Source: Ignavibacteria bacterium RIFCSPLOWO2_12_FULL_56_21
GTDB lineage: Bacteria > Bacteroidota > Ignavibacteria > UBA10030
NCBI GenBank assembly: GCA_001802945.1
Contig: MHAK01000075.1
Location: forward strand, 4,053 to 68,052
Reading direction: 5' to 3'
Length of the DNA stretch: 64,000 bases
Shown: in pieces, positions 44,159 to 53,287 of the stretch
Layout: each line of letters opens with the position of its first letter
Position numbering within the stretch: the first letter of the stretch is position 1
Translations under genes and position numbers: made by a program
Notes under the pieces: generated by a model
Seen by the model: only the letters and a program-made list of their open reading frames with translations
Databases searched by the model: none
What the model was told of the DNA's origin: nothing

Positions 44159-44310
44159 GCCTGCCGCGGGTGTGACCGACCTTTTCCATGCCGAGCTCCG
44201 AAATATCCATCTGCCGGACGTTGCCGCTGCCGTTGAGGGTGCCGCAGTGAGAAGAGGTCGGGAAGAGACGGAAGATTTCCAGCACACTTGCGTGTGGATG
44301 GAACGAAGGG

Positions 44311-45570
44311 TCAATGTTCCGGTGCGTTGGAGGAAGTTGTCCGCAATCGATCCCAGACGAGCATCATCCCGTGCGCAGCGAACGGTAGGAGCGCGATTTT
44401 CATCATCGTTTGGTAGCGGGGGAGGGAAAAAAAGAGGACAGCCGTGGCCGTCGATGCTGCAAGGAACAGCGCGACGGGCCAATGATCGCGCCAAAAGTGA
44501 ACTTGGCGGATTCCCACGGCGGCAAACAGGAGGAGAAAGACCCAGGGAATTCGGTACAGAAGTCTTCCGCTTCGAAGATCGGAGGGGTTCCACAACCAGA
44601 AATGGGCAAGTTTGACGAAGGAATTCTCGATCTCTTGAACAGGGTGCTTCAGCATGAAGTCGATGGCCCGGTTCAAATACAGTCGGTTCAGTTCCAGTTC
44701 GAACCGTGGCCCGCCCGGGATCGCACTTGCCTCGCGCCACATTGCTTCATCCGCCCATGCACCAAGCTCGAGACTGTTGTGACCACGGTACAGATTCTGT
44801 CCGAAGTTTGTGGTAAGGGGAATGAAAGCATGGAGATCGACTGCGTTGCGGACCTGCCAGGGGAGGAAAGACAACGCAAGTACCGCAAAAAAGGCCGCTG
44901 CGCTTCGGTAGTGTTTTTGCACGAGAACTGATGCCAGGAACACGACGCAAAAGAGTGCGAATTCCGAACGGAGGTAGATTAGTCCTGCGCACCCCAAAGC
45001 GGCATAGACTGCTCTTCTCAGTGATGAAGTTTCAAGCGAAAAAGAGTAGAGGAGAGGAAGGGTTGCGAGGAATCCTGCATGAAACACGACCGTCGGCGTC
45101 ATGGAGCCCGCAGCATACACAAACTCGGGCAGAAGGGCGGCGAGAAGTGCAGCAAGGAGGGCGGTACGTGCTGGAAAGTGCATCAGCATCCACCTGTACA
45201 TCAAGACGACGGCACTGCAGGCAATGAGCGACTGAAACACGACGATAAGCGCGTTGCGAAGGACGACATTGTCGACGAAGAAAAAGGGGAAAAGAAACAC
45301 GACGTATGCCGGAGGCATATGGGCGGAAGGATACGACGTTGATGAAGGGGAAGAAAGTTGCGTGACCACGGAGCCATTGTGCCAAAAGAGAGAGTATCCT
45401 TTCCCAAGATGAAGATTCTTGGCGATCTCACCGTATTCCCAATAGTGTTCGGCCGTGAGATCGAATACCGTACATGTGTACAGCGCTCTTGCAAGCAGAG
45501 CCATTCCACACACGATGAGAAGGGATCGCTTCCAGGGTTCCACGGTCACCGAATGTGTTGAGCTGTTCAT
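44311..45570 (-). CDS. Polytopic membrane glycosyltransferase, GT39/ArnT (PMT_2)-like
   Basis: About 10 TM helices. N-terminal LLIVCGMALLARALY...EYGEIAKNLHLGKGYS...HMPPAYVVFLFPFFF resembles undecaprenyl/dolichyl-phosphate-sugar transferases. Family call is by pattern only. Confidence 0.55.
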   Translation of the reverse strand: MNSSTHSVTVEPWKRSLLIVCGMALLARALYTCTVFDLTAEHYWEYGEIAKNLHLGKGYSLFWHNGSVVTQLSSPSSTSYPSAHMPPAYVVFLFPFFFVDNVVLRNALIVVFQSLIACSAVVLMYRWMLMHFPARTALLAALLAALLPEFVYAAGSMTPTVVFHAGFLATLPLLYSFSLETSSLRRAVYAALGCAGLIYLRSEFALFCVVFLASVLVQKHYRSAAAFFAVLALSFLPWQVRNAVDLHAFIPLTTNFGQNLYRGHNSLELGAWADEAMWREASAIPGGPRFELELNRLYLNRAIDFMLKHPVQEIENSFVKLAHFWLWNPSDLRSGRLLYRIPWVFLLLFAAVGIRQVHFWRDHWPVALFLAASTATAVLFFSLPRYQTMMKIALLPFAAHGMMLVWDRLRTTSSNAPEH

Positions 45571-45621
45571 CTACCTCGATCCAGTTGCCAGGACGGGGCG
45601 GTCGATCCGCACATTGCGCTC

Positions 45622-47634
45622 CTATTTCACTGGAGTGATGCTAACCAGCACAACTCCATGATACGGAACCTCCGCCGTAAACGTCTCCTCGAACGTCCCG
45701 AGGTCCTTTTGACGCCAGACGTCTCGCACGGTGAATGCCTTGTGCGTTCCGGACTTGGGCAGCGACATTGTCACACTCTTGCGAGTCACCCGGTCCCAGT
45801 TGAAAGCTGTGACGGGGTCCCGCAGATCGTCCCCGGTAAAGAAGAGACCTGCGGCATACGAACCGTCCTCAAGCTCCTTCAGCCATACTTCTGTGCCGCC
45901 GTCGTGCTCGATCTGCCGGGCCTGGCGGCCGAGCGCATCCTGCTGAATCCCGAGCACTTCATCGTTCGTCAGGAGTCCCAGCGTGAACTCATCCAAGCGC
46001 GCCAGGTCGCAGCCGAGAAGCAGTGGAGCGGACAGCAAGGCCCAGAGGCTGATGTGCGTGTATTGTTCGTCGGGCGTCAGCCGTGTCGGATGCAGGTCCG
46101 GACCCCAGCCGACCAGGCCGACGACAAGCATATCGGGGTCATTCCAATGTCCAGGACCCGCAAATGGATGCCACCTGTCCTGCGAAAACCCGATGCGGCT
46201 CATGCTCGCCCAGGTGTCAATGATATCGCCAGTGGTGCGCCAGCAGTTGGCCGTGCGGGCCCACGTGTCCGCATTTTCGAACGGTGCAGAATTCGACAGA
46301 CTATACACGATATCCCGGCCGGACTCCCTCAGCGCTTTCTGCATTCGCACCACTGCCTCGACGTTGTTGGGATTCCAATCGTACTTCAGATAGTCGATTC
46401 CCCACTCCGCCCACTGCTTGGCGTCCCGTTGTTCAAATGTATACGCACCATGCCTCCAGTGGCGTGAATTGGCCATCGAATCCTTCGTCCACACGCCTTC
46501 AGGACTGTCGCTCGATCCTCCGGCATAGAGCGCATATGATGTGATCCATGGCGTAGAATAGATGCCGAGCTTGAGGCCAAGGGAGTGAATCTCGTCGGAA
46601 AGCGACTTCATATCGGGAAACTTGTGGTTTGGCTGAATGGCTCCGAAGTATCCTCCGCGAAGGCCCTGCCACGTGTCGTCGATGTTAATGTACATCCATC
46701 CGTGATCGCGGAGACCCTTCTCCACCATGGCCCCGGCGGATGCGCGCACCTTGTCTGCATCCACCGAACCGGCCCAGCAATTCCAACTGTTCCAGCCGAG
46801 AGGCGGCGTGAGAGCGACCTTGTCGCCGATGACGATTCTTAGAGATCGTTCGTCCTTTCCGAGGCCGTTTGTTACAACAAGCGTCACTGTGTACGTCCCT
46901 GCATTCCCCACAGTTCCGGAAATGTGTCCGGTTGTCGGGTCGCATGCCAATCCTTTTGGCAGGTCTGTGACCGAATACGTCATCGGGCGGTTCCCCGTTG
47001 CCGGAATAGTATAGAGGAAGGGGCTTCCAGGTCGCGCCCCAAAGATCGTTGGTCCGTTGATCTTTGGCGTCTCCTTCGCTGGAGGCGTCAGGATGGACGG
47101 TGCAACATCTTGTGCTTGTGCAGCAACCGCAAGTTCTTTCGCGGTCCGGCTTTCCTTCATTTCTATGACGGCGTCACACCAATCAGCATGGTCGTAATTG
47201 ATATTGTCCCCGCCATCGGTGACGAGAAGTCCCAGAAGCCGGATGCCGCTCAGGTCGACATCTGCGGAGCGCGCAGAGTCGCCCGCCTTCATCACGCCGC
47301 TACGCCAGAGAATTCGTTTGTCTCCCAAAACGACAAATTCGGACGATCCGCGCTTTCGTGTTTCATCATCGATGCCCACATGGGACCGGAAGCGTGTACC
47401 GGCCGCATTCAGGTTGATCAACATGCGGCTGAAGGCATGCGTTCCGACTCCATGTTCAAACGTTCGTCCTGCAATGGCAAGCCGGTTGCCGTCTACTGAA
47501 ACGTTCGCCTTTGGAGAACCCCAGCCGACATCCATAGTGGACAGATCGAGCTGATGAAGCCCGACTGTGTGTACTTGACAAAGAAGTGCGGGAGAGACGA
47601 ACAGCAGAAATGCGAAGGCAAGTTTCATGATCAT
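45622..47634 (-). CDS. GH27 alpha-galactosidase / alpha-N-acetylgalactosaminidase with N-terminal NPCBM domain and Ig-like domain
   Basis: Signal peptide. NPCBM-like: LDLSTMDVGWGSPKANVSVDGNRLAIAGRTFEHGVGTHA...HVGIDDE. He_PIG-like Ig: YSVTDLPKGLACDPTTGHISGTVGNAGTYTVTLVVTN. GH27 core: PPLGWNSWNCW, YINIDDTWQ, GIDYLKYDWN. Confidence 0.85.
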   Translation of the reverse strand: MIMKLAFAFLLFVSPALLCQVHTVGLHQLDLSTMDVGWGSPKANVSVDGNRLAIAGRTFEHGVGTHAFSRMLINLNAAGTRFRSHVGIDDETRKRGSSEFVVLGDKRILWRSGVMKAGDSARSADVDLSGIRLLGLLVTDGGDNINYDHADWCDAVIEMKESRTAKELAVAAQAQDVAPSILTPPAKETPKINGPTIFGARPGSPFLYTIPATGNRPMTYSVTDLPKGLACDPTTGHISGTVGNAGTYTVTLVVTNGLGKDERSLRIVIGDKVALTPPLGWNSWNCWAGSVDADKVRASAGAMVEKGLRDHGWMYINIDDTWQGLRGGYFGAIQPNHKFPDMKSLSDEIHSLGLKLGIYSTPWITSYALYAGGSSDSPEGVWTKDSMANSRHWRHGAYTFEQRDAKQWAEWGIDYLKYDWNPNNVEAVVRMQKALRESGRDIVYSLSNSAPFENADTWARTANCWRTTGDIIDTWASMSRIGFSQDRWHPFAGPGHWNDPDMLVVGLVGWGPDLHPTRLTPDEQYTHISLWALLSAPLLLGCDLARLDEFTLGLLTNDEVLGIQQDALGRQARQIEHDGGTEVWLKELEDGSYAAGLFFTGDDLRDPVTAFNWDRVTRKSVTMSLPKSGTHKAFTVRDVWRQKDLGTFEETFTAEVPYHGVVLVSITPVK

Positions 47635-47654
47635 AGTTCCTTCCTATGCGTGTG

Positions 47655-49856
47655 TCAAAAGAGGTGTCCAAAGTTCAGATAGAACCCGGTCGTTTCGCTT
47701 CCGAAACCCAGGTCGGCCCTCACGACGAAAGTATCCATGAAAAACCGCACACCGACGACGGAGTTCGAATGCCAGCCTTCAATGCTCACCTTTTCCGCAT
47801 CCTGCCACACCCGGCCCGCATCAAGACCGGCGACCATACCGAACCGCCAGATCAAAGGGAATCGCAGTTCGACGTTCGCCACGCCTGCAATGCGATCGAG
47901 GAATCTGTCCTGCGGGGATCCGCGCAGGGTCTGGTTTCCGCCGATCGATAGCAACGTTTGGACCGGGAAGTTGGAGCCCATAAGGGCCTGTGCGCCGCAA
48001 CGCGCCGCAAGAATTGTTTTCGGATACAGGAGGGTGGTGTAATACTGAAACCATGCACCCATGCGGGCGGCCGTCCCATCGCTCCACGACGGATCCGGCA
48101 CATATTCCAGCTCGCCCTGCAACACCAGGCCGCGGGAGGGATTAATGTACGAATCGCGGGTATCGTGCCGGAAAGACGCCAACAGTCCGACGGACGAAAC
48201 GCGCCCGTCATTTGGAGGCGGATATTGCCGGAGCCGGCTGGTATCGCTGAAACCGAAATTTCGGATGAATCGGTACCGTATCCCCGCTTGCACGACCGTT
48301 GCGGTGCTGAGTCCGCGCGAAAACGTGAGAGAAATCTCGAAAGGTTCTCGTGAATACATTTCGCGGTCTTTGAATTGCGACGAGTTGCCCACTCCAAAGA
48401 ACGACGAGTTCTTGACGTATTTGTCATAGTCGATTGTAACGTCGATCGCAAGCGGGTAGACAGTTCCCTGCCGCAATTCAAAGTCTGGCATGGAAAATAC
48501 CAGCCGGTACCATCGTTCTCCCTTGGAACTGTTGAAAAGGAGAACGTCAAACGATTCATTCATACCCAATTCGTTGAGGAAGAACGACTTGACGCCGAGG
48601 CCAAGGCCGACGTCGGTGTCGTACGATATGATGGGCAGGACATCGACACCGGGCGCAACTGCTCGGTCCACGGCCTTCGATACTGAAATCTGACCCAGAT
48701 CGAGGTCGGCGACGAGTCCGAAGTGATCGGAGGTGAAAATGGAATCCGCCGGTCTATCAAGGAAACGTTCCGCCGAGATGCGCATGCCCTTCGCAAAATG
48801 TCGTGAGAGGAAAATGTGATCTATGCGTCGGGCCTGAAGGTCGTACCAGGCCTCAAACTCGGCCTCGGGGGAGTTCGGCAAGGAAGCATCGGGAGAAGAG
48901 GGGATATTCGTATTAACGGCCGGGTCCCAGGTTGGCAGTTCTCCCGCTCCTCCAAGTGCGATCGCATCGACGAATCCGGCGGCGAAGATCGGGCTGACCG
49001 TCAGTGATGTAGGAGTGGCATTCAGGTCTCCTCCCAAAATCACAGGATCGTCGCCGACCTCTTTCCGCATGCGTTCGAGGAGTCGTTCGACCATGTGACG
49101 GCGTCGTTGTTCCCCGTCGGCCAGTTGCGCGAGGAGATTTCGTGTTTCCTCGGATGGGAGCGCGCGGTCGGTGCAGATTCGAAGCAAGCGCTCGCGTGAG
49201 GCTTCGGTATCTTCCGGATTTGCTATGAGGTGTGTGTTGATTATGTATGCCCGTCCTGTGGGGAGCGTTATGCGGGCGACGAGCGCAATATTTTCTTCCC
49301 GAAGGTGGAAAGAGACGTCGTCCCCGATCGCGCCGAATCCGGTTGAAAGCAACCACACGTCGGCCGGCTGAAGGTTCAATTCCTTCCTCGCAAGAATGGC
49401 GATCCCTTCGTTCAGATTCGTCGGAATACCGATCGGTCCCACCTTCATGCCCCCTTGTACGCGCTGCGCGACCACGTCGTACCCCAGTGCATCTGCGATG
49501 CGGCGGGAAAGGCTGGAGGATGGATTGACCTCCTGGAGCAGCACGATGTCCGGCGCACGGCGCCGAAGCTCTTCTACAAGAAGGACACGCCGGACTTCCA
49601 GCCGTTCGTCGGACTCGATTCTGCCCATGGAGAGCGTCCCCTCATAGGTCAGTCCTGACCAGATGTTTGCTGTCGCAATGCGAAGACGGGGGCCGGTAAC
49701 GACTGTCGAAGAGTCCCAGAGGGAAGAAATGTTCGGAAGTTCCTCGCGAAAATGCATTTCCAGTCGGCTCCATGCTGCCGGCTGCCGGCCCGACGATCCC
49801 TGAGGCATTCCGCTAAGGAAGATCAACGGCCACAAGATGCTCCGGAGCGACGGCAT
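47655..49856 (-). CDS. Fusion of an endonuclease/exonuclease/phosphatase (EEP) domain to a C-terminal Omp85/surface-antigen beta-barrel
   Basis: EEP: RIATANIWSG...PDIVLLQEVN...LGGDLNATP...SDHFGLVADL. Barrel: LSIGGNQTLRGSPQDRF...ANVELRFPL...GLDAGRVW...VGVRFFMDTFVVRADLGFG...YLNFGHLF, with a terminal Phe. Confidence 0.75.
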   Translation of the reverse strand: MPSLRSILWPLIFLSGMPQGSSGRQPAAWSRLEMHFREELPNISSLWDSSTVVTGPRLRIATANIWSGLTYEGTLSMGRIESDERLEVRRVLLVEELRRRAPDIVLLQEVNPSSSLSRRIADALGYDVVAQRVQGGMKVGPIGIPTNLNEGIAILARKELNLQPADVWLLSTGFGAIGDDVSFHLREENIALVARITLPTGRAYIINTHLIANPEDTEASRERLLRICTDRALPSEETRNLLAQLADGEQRRRHMVERLLERMRKEVGDDPVILGGDLNATPTSLTVSPIFAAGFVDAIALGGAGELPTWDPAVNTNIPSSPDASLPNSPEAEFEAWYDLQARRIDHIFLSRHFAKGMRISAERFLDRPADSIFTSDHFGLVADLDLGQISVSKAVDRAVAPGVDVLPIISYDTDVGLGLGVKSFFLNELGMNESFDVLLFNSSKGERWYRLVFSMPDFELRQGTVYPLAIDVTIDYDKYVKNSSFFGVGNSSQFKDREMYSREPFEISLTFSRGLSTATVVQAGIRYRFIRNFGFSDTSRLRQYPPPNDGRVSSVGLLASFRHDTRDSYINPSRGLVLQGELEYVPDPSWSDGTAARMGAWFQYYTTLLYPKTILAARCGAQALMGSNFPVQTLLSIGGNQTLRGSPQDRFLDRIAGVANVELRFPLIWRFGMVAGLDAGRVWQDAEKVSIEGWHSNSVVGVRFFMDTFVVRADLGFGSETTGFYLNFGHLF

Positions 49857-49859
49857 GTC

Positions 49860-50540
49860 TCATACCACAAACTTGTAACCCACCGTGTGTACGGTCAACA
49901 AGTGTTTTGGGTCGGCAGGTTTGGTCTCGATCTTCTTCCGAAGGTTGAGGATGAACGTATCGACTGTTCGTGTGGTGGGCGTTTCTTCGTAACCCCAGAC
50001 GTCGTCAAGGAGCTTGGCGCGCGACACAACTTCGCCTTCATGAAGGACAAAGTACTTCAGAAGCTCGAACTCCTTCGCCGTCATTCTCAGAGTCTTCTTT
50101 CCTTTTCGCGCTTCCTGCTTTTTGAAATCTATGTACACATCTCCGAACGTGCATTCTTGGATATCCTGTGCACCGGCGTTCCGTCGACGCAGGAGCGCTT
50201 TCACGCGGGCGATGAGTTCGCGGACGCCAAATGGTTTTGTGAGATAGTCGTCTGCGCCGAGCTCGAGTCCGAGCACCTTGTCCACTTCTTCCCCCTTGCC
50301 GGTGAGCATAAGGATGGGCGTTGTATTTTTGCCTTCGCGGAGCGTCCGGCAGACATCAAAGCCGTTCATACCCGGCAGCATCACATCAAGGATGATCGCG
50401 TCGAAGGAACGCTTTTGCGCGGTGCGGAGTCCTTCTGTTCCGTCGGAACACGTCACGGGTTCAAAGTGCTCTGCGGTGAGAGCATCTTTGAGGCCGCGCA
50501 TAATTGTTGCGTCGTCTTCAATAATGAGAATTCGTTGCAT
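49860..50540 (-). CDS. OmpR/PhoB-family response regulator
   Basis: RILIIEDDATIMRGL...IILDVMLPGMNGFDV...ILMLTGKGEEVDKVLGLELGADDYLTKPF. Winged helix: LRMTAKEFELLKYFVLHEGEVVSRAKLLDDVWGY...RTVDTFILNLRKKIE...TVHTVGYKF. Confidence 0.9.
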   Translation of the reverse strand: MQRILIIEDDATIMRGLKDALTAEHFEPVTCSDGTEGLRTAQKRSFDAIILDVMLPGMNGFDVCRTLREGKNTTPILMLTGKGEEVDKVLGLELGADDYLTKPFGVRELIARVKALLRRRNAGAQDIQECTFGDVYIDFKKQEARKGKKTLRMTAKEFELLKYFVLHEGEVVSRAKLLDDVWGYEETPTTRTVDTFILNLRKKIETKPADPKHLLTVHTVGYKFVV

Positions 50541-50603
50541 GGGACCTCAGGGGGTAGAATTATGAAACGGTGAATTGGGACAGTACACAGACAACAGAGA
50601 AGG

Positions 50604-53063
50604 TTATTGTTTGCCAGCAAGCGCAGGCAGGAGAATGGTCACTGTTGTGCCTTTCCCGACAGTGCTTTCGACTGCGACAGTGCCTCCGTGAGCGTCAACT
50701 GTGTGCTTCACGAGGGGCAACCCGAGTCCGGCGCCGCCTGCCTGAGCCGAGCGAGGATCCTTGACCCGATAGAATGGTTCGAAGATCTTCGGCAATTCGG
50801 CCGCGGGTATACCGATGCCTCCATCAATCACTCTCACGATGACCTGATCCTGAAGAGTAGCTGCCTCAATTCGCACGCGTCGGCGTTTGCCGGAATACTT
50901 GAATCCGTTGACGATAAGGTTCACAAGCGCATCCTGCAGAGCGTCGGCATCGGCGCGCACACGCTGCGGCCGGCGGGGGAGACGGCAGGTCAGCACGCCA
51001 TTCAGCATGCGCGCCTGTCCGGACATCGTTTGCACGGCCGCACGCACGACCGTGTTTAGATCGATCGGGGTCAATTGGTATTCCCGCGTTCCCCGTTCGA
51101 TTTTCGCGAAATCGAGCACATTGTTGACCATGCGTGCCAGACGGTCGCTCTCCCGTCCGATGATCTCAGCATATTCCGCACGTTTTGCCGGCGTTAAGCG
51201 GCGTTCGCGCATCATTTCGGCGAACATCTTAATCGACGTCAACGGCGTGCGAAGGTCGTGCGATACACTCGACACGAAATGTGATTTGAGCCTGCTGAGC
51301 TCGTCGCTTTTTTTCCGCTCCTGCTGCTCAAGTGAGACACGATCTTGAAGGTACAAGCGTTCAAATGCCTCAACGGCTCGGGCGACGACGGAGAGCACTG
51401 CGTCGACCTCTTCCGGCGTCAGCGGATCGCGCCCTTCCTTGAGGAGGCCGGCAACGGCGCCGAGCGACTGGCCTGCATCCGTGTTCAGGCCGCACGCGAG
51501 GTCGAAGCCGTGCGATCGCAACCACGCAGCCCGCGATCGGTCTACCGACCGTGAGGCCGCTGTCGTGCGTTCTGCGGCCAGCAAACGTCCTGATCGAAGT
51601 GCTGAGGTCAGGTCGTCGTCGATGCGGATGGAAGGCAAAGCGGTTCCGCCGGCATTCGATGCGGCCTCGAGCGCATTACGGTGCACCCGATACCATGTGA
51701 ACGTCGTGCCCGGCAGGGTCGCATGCAACTCTTTTACAAGTGCGAGGCCAAGCTCCGCTTCCGCTGCAGCCGCGTGAAACTGTGCCGACGCGCGGTTGAG
51801 GATCTTCGCCATGCTCGTGCGCGTGGGATACAACGCTTCGTCCAGGAGACGTTGGAGATCGGTACGGAAGGGTTCGAGCGCCAGGACCAGACCGATCGTC
51901 GTGACGATTAGGGGAAGCGTTTCAGCGAAAACACCCTCGCCCCGCAGGATCGACAGGAACACTAGTACGGTCAGAAGTTGGACGGAAAGCGCCAAAATGC
52001 CGATGAGGACGTTTGCAAGGCGACGATGCACCTCAACTTCCACGCGAAACACATGGTACCGAAGAAATGCGACCGAAAAACAGAGAGGAACCGCGAGCAC
52101 GAAGACGGTGGTAAGCTCTTCGGGCACCAGCATGTTTGATCCGAACGCCTGAGGCAACACAACAAGGAGCGTGAATGGCAACGAACCGATGATCAGGCCC
52201 CACAGGATCCATCGGAGCGCCACGCGCTGTTCAGCGGATCGCTCTTCCAAGTATCCAACGGCGAGAATCAACAGGCTTGCAGCAATGCAAAGGAAAAAGT
52301 ATAAATGGAATGCATCATACCAGTTCTGGAACGAATGGAACACCGCCGCATCGCCCGACGCCACCGAACGCACATGATAGTACGAGAGTGCGACGGTGAA
52401 AATCGCGGATGGGGCGAAGATCAGGGCGAACGCAGAGCGTGACCGGCCGAGCCGGTGGACGGGAAACTGCGTCGTAAAGAGAAGAAAGCCGGCGGCGACG
52501 ACGTTGTAGACCAGAAAAAGTCCGGCTCTGCGCGCGATGCTCCAGGGGTCCGACGCTTGGATCGCGCCCTGTGTGAGCAGAAGAAGCGCTCCCGCAGCGA
52601 TGAGAGTCCAATGGAGCGTCAGCGCGCCGGGGTTATGAATGCGGCGAACCACAAGAAATAACGCGAACGCGAAGATAACAAGTCCGGTCAATGTGAAGAT
52701 CAGAGGGAACCGGAGGGTGGAAGAGAAGGGGACAAGCACGACAGGTATCTCCGTCTGCATGCCACCGCGGTTCAGTCCGATCTGAATTGTTTCCCCGATC
52801 ATCGAGAGATCTGCCAGCAGCTCCAGGTGTTCCGGTCTCTCCACGCTCCGCCCATTCCACGATACGACCTCATCGCCGACAGCAAGATGGTGTGCTTGTC
52901 GTTCGTGCGGTATATCGGCGACAACCATGCGGCCGTTGTCCAGGACCGCAGTGAACGGTATGCCGGCACGCTCAACGATCGTTGGGATGTTCGTCAGGCA
53001 GAAAGATGCGATCAGCAGATCGATCGCCAGGAAGGAGAAGGTCCGATCAGGCCGCCAGTTCAT
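50604..53063 (-). CDS. Sensor histidine kinase with N-terminal PDZ-like domain and a multi-TM sensor region
   Basis: ATG at 53063 preferred (MNWRPDRTF...); the track start is 53207. PDZ-like: LAVGDEVVSWNGRSVE...IGETIQIGLNRGG. About 8 TM helices. H-box FVSSVSHDLRTPLTSI. ATPase: LIVNGFKYSG, DGGIGI, GAGLGLPLVKHTVDAHGG. Confidence 0.8.
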   Translation of the reverse strand: MNWRPDRTFSFLAIDLLIASFCLTNIPTIVERAGIPFTAVLDNGRMVVADIPHERQAHHLAVGDEVVSWNGRSVERPEHLELLADLSMIGETIQIGLNRGGMQTEIPVVLVPFSSTLRFPLIFTLTGLVIFAFALFLVVRRIHNPGALTLHWTLIAAGALLLLTQGAIQASDPWSIARRAGLFLVYNVVAAGFLLFTTQFPVHRLGRSRSAFALIFAPSAIFTVALSYYHVRSVASGDAAVFHSFQNWYDAFHLYFFLCIAASLLILAVGYLEERSAEQRVALRWILWGLIIGSLPFTLLVVLPQAFGSNMLVPEELTTVFVLAVPLCFSVAFLRYHVFRVEVEVHRRLANVLIGILALSVQLLTVLVFLSILRGEGVFAETLPLIVTTIGLVLALEPFRTDLQRLLDEALYPTRTSMAKILNRASAQFHAAAAEAELGLALVKELHATLPGTTFTWYRVHRNALEAASNAGGTALPSIRIDDDLTSALRSGRLLAAERTTAASRSVDRSRAAWLRSHGFDLACGLNTDAGQSLGAVAGLLKEGRDPLTPEEVDAVLSVVARAVEAFERLYLQDRVSLEQQERKKSDELSRLKSHFVSSVSHDLRTPLTSIKMFAEMMRERRLTPAKRAEYAEIIGRESDRLARMVNNVLDFAKIERGTREYQLTPIDLNTVVRAAVQTMSGQARMLNGVLTCRLPRRPQRVRADADALQDALVNLIVNGFKYSGKRRRVRIEAATLQDQVIVRVIDGGIGIPAAELPKIFEPFYRVKDPRSAQAGGAGLGLPLVKHTVDAHGGTVAVESTVGKGTTVTILLPALAGKQ

Positions 53064-53247
53064 TGATCCGCATGGAGAAGGATTGCCGAAGACTGTACGG
53101 AAGTTTGTTGTGGAAGAAAAGACGAAATCCGAACAAACCGGAACGCAAGCCCGGGCATGGCATTTCAGAATTCTCAGGCGTGGGAACATGACATCAGGTC
53201 CGACCAAGGCCTTGGAGCGATGTGGCTTCGAAGCTCAACTTCGCACC

Positions 53248-53273
53248 GCGAGGGGCCGTTGGCAGCCCCTCGC
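53248..53273 (-). terminator. GC-rich hairpin just downstream of the 5'-nucleotidase gene (no U-tract)
   Basis: GCGAGGGGC (53248-53256), loop CGTTGGCA, GCCCCTCGC (53265-53273). The adjacent palindrome GCTTCGAAGC lies at 53225-53234. Terminator function is a guess. Confidence 0.35.
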
Positions 53274-53287
53274 ATGGCGAAACGTGC

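Noticed and set aside
44073-44740. Overlapping ORFs 44073-44615 (+) and 44090-44740 (-) downstream of the heptamer tract
   Set aside because: Both overlap the 3' part of the well-supported polytopic glycosyltransferase gene (44311-45570) or the terminator region. They have Arg/Gly-rich compositions with no motifs.
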